DNA of 64,000 nucleotides from Dipteris shenzhenensis (Eukaryota). The stretch lies in assembly GCA_047967505.1 (NCBI GenBank), contig CM106538.1. One strand, 5' to 3'. The notes below the pieces were generated by a model that was not told the origin of the DNA, did no database searches, and worked only from the letters and a program-made list of their open reading frames with translations. The translations under genes were made by a program, and so were the position numbers. Shown piece after piece: positions 62,880 to 64,000 of this stretch. Every line of letters starts with the position of its first letter. Position 1 is the first letter of the stretch.

Positions 62880-63159
62880 ACGGCTGAAAAGATCTGCACG
62901 CATCCATGGGACCAAAAACTCCCATGGCCATATGTCCAGTGTACTTGATCCCACATTTCTTTTATTAGCTCTTAGAGTTGCAATTTTTCTTTGTGTAGTC
63001 CTTGCCAAAAACCGCGAAGCAACCTCAACAGAAAATTCATAAGCACTGAAAATACGATCAACAGGATGACGCACATTGGTGATAACTGATGTTGACACCA
63101 GTGGGAGCTTTGCGAGGACACTGTAATCATTATGAGTGACAAGAAGTCTACAGTGCTGG
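62880..63159 (-). CDS. TPST: TPST exon (PAPS-binding R.P..R..S region); upstream exons lie outside the window
   Basis: QHCRLLVTHNDYSVLAKLP...TSVITNVRHPVDRIFSAYEFSVEVASRFL...STLDIWPWEFLVPWMRADLFSR with GTAAGT donor; alternative acceptor at 63147. Confidence 0.95.
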
Positions 63160-63589
63160 CTGTGACAGATCCAAAATACCACACATTAGAACTTGTAGCA
63201 AAGCTTAGGAACTATGTCCTTGCATTTTCATCAATGTAAACAATGCTATCTTAAAACCTATCAGAAACACAAAATCCATTTGTTGTCCTATTCGTTCTTA
63301 TTCCTATTGCCCACAATGATAACGGAAAACTTCGACGATCCACTCTCATCCAACAGAAACGTTCAAAAACGGCACCTATGGTACAGAAAAGAGGAAATTT
63401 AAGATTGAGGGCGCAGCTTCCAAGCATAACATAATGATATTCAACCTTCTAGATCAAACAAAGTAATGTTCTGGTGACCTATAACCAGACCTGTGCAGTA
63501 TGAGTACCATATTAATATCCAGAAGCAAAAATGGCACAGTAGCCTTTCCTATTTAAAGGTATACAAAGAAACCTGTGTCAAAGAAGACT

Positions 63590-64000
63590 GACACACACTA
63601 CAGGCAGCTATTCTTGGAGAAAACCAGAAATATTTCCGATGACAGCAGTGTTCGAAGTCAATGCCCCAACCTGTGAACCCCCATATGAGGACATAGGGGA
63701 CATTAGACTGAGAGGGGGAGTGCTACGGTAGACTTGAATACCCATCAAGGGAGTCCTAGCAAGACAGAGACCAGCAAAACAACCACACCTGGCTGATCCT
63801 GGAAAACAGAAAGGCCAGCTACACAAAGAAAAAGGTCTGAAGGTTCTGAGGCAGTAGGAAAGCTCCTGGAAAGCTCAAGAAACCCTGAGAAAATCAGCAA
63901 GCATAGAAAAACGAAATTCCCTGGCAAGATCTCTAGCACCCTGGCAGGTGAAAATCAACAAAAGCAGATCTGGAAAACCTGTTGGAAGCGAACCACCAAG
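63590..64000 (+). mobile_element. Possible LTR-retrotransposon fragment: PPT followed by the start of an LTR
   Basis: GAGAGGGGGAG (63710-63720) immediately followed by TG (63721). Confidence 0.4.

Overview
Eukaryotic plant nuclear DNA. The long TE-filled introns, Met-tRNA-primed Copia elements, plant L1s and Sola-type transposases suggest a seed-free vascular plant such as a fern (inference). The only intact host gene is the 3' part of a protein-tyrosine sulfotransferase (TPST) on the minus strand: 8 exons between 43206 and 63159, including a ~13.5 kb intron packed with LINEs and LTR pieces; its 5' exons lie beyond the window. The first ~42 kb is nested, decayed transposon sequence. It holds a full-length Copia (14264-19787, TSD AGTCA) inside an older Copia (12015-24732, TSD CACCC/CACCT) inside a Gypsy remnant. 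It also holds two different Sola-type DDE transposase pseudogenes (~4590-8402 and ~27480-30700), an RPS4 fragment, several further Copia/Gypsy remnants and microsatellites. The most unusual structure is 333-8600. There, a ParB/DGQHR-like pseudogene and a Sola1-like transposase (with a CACTA TnpA-like N-terminal domain) are arranged head-to-head. The spacer between them carries a family of palindromes, two ~100-bp hairpins, a GC-rich fold-back and telomere-like repeats. An internally deleted relative occurs at ~37660-37945. All family assignments come from motif recognition by eye, not from database searches.
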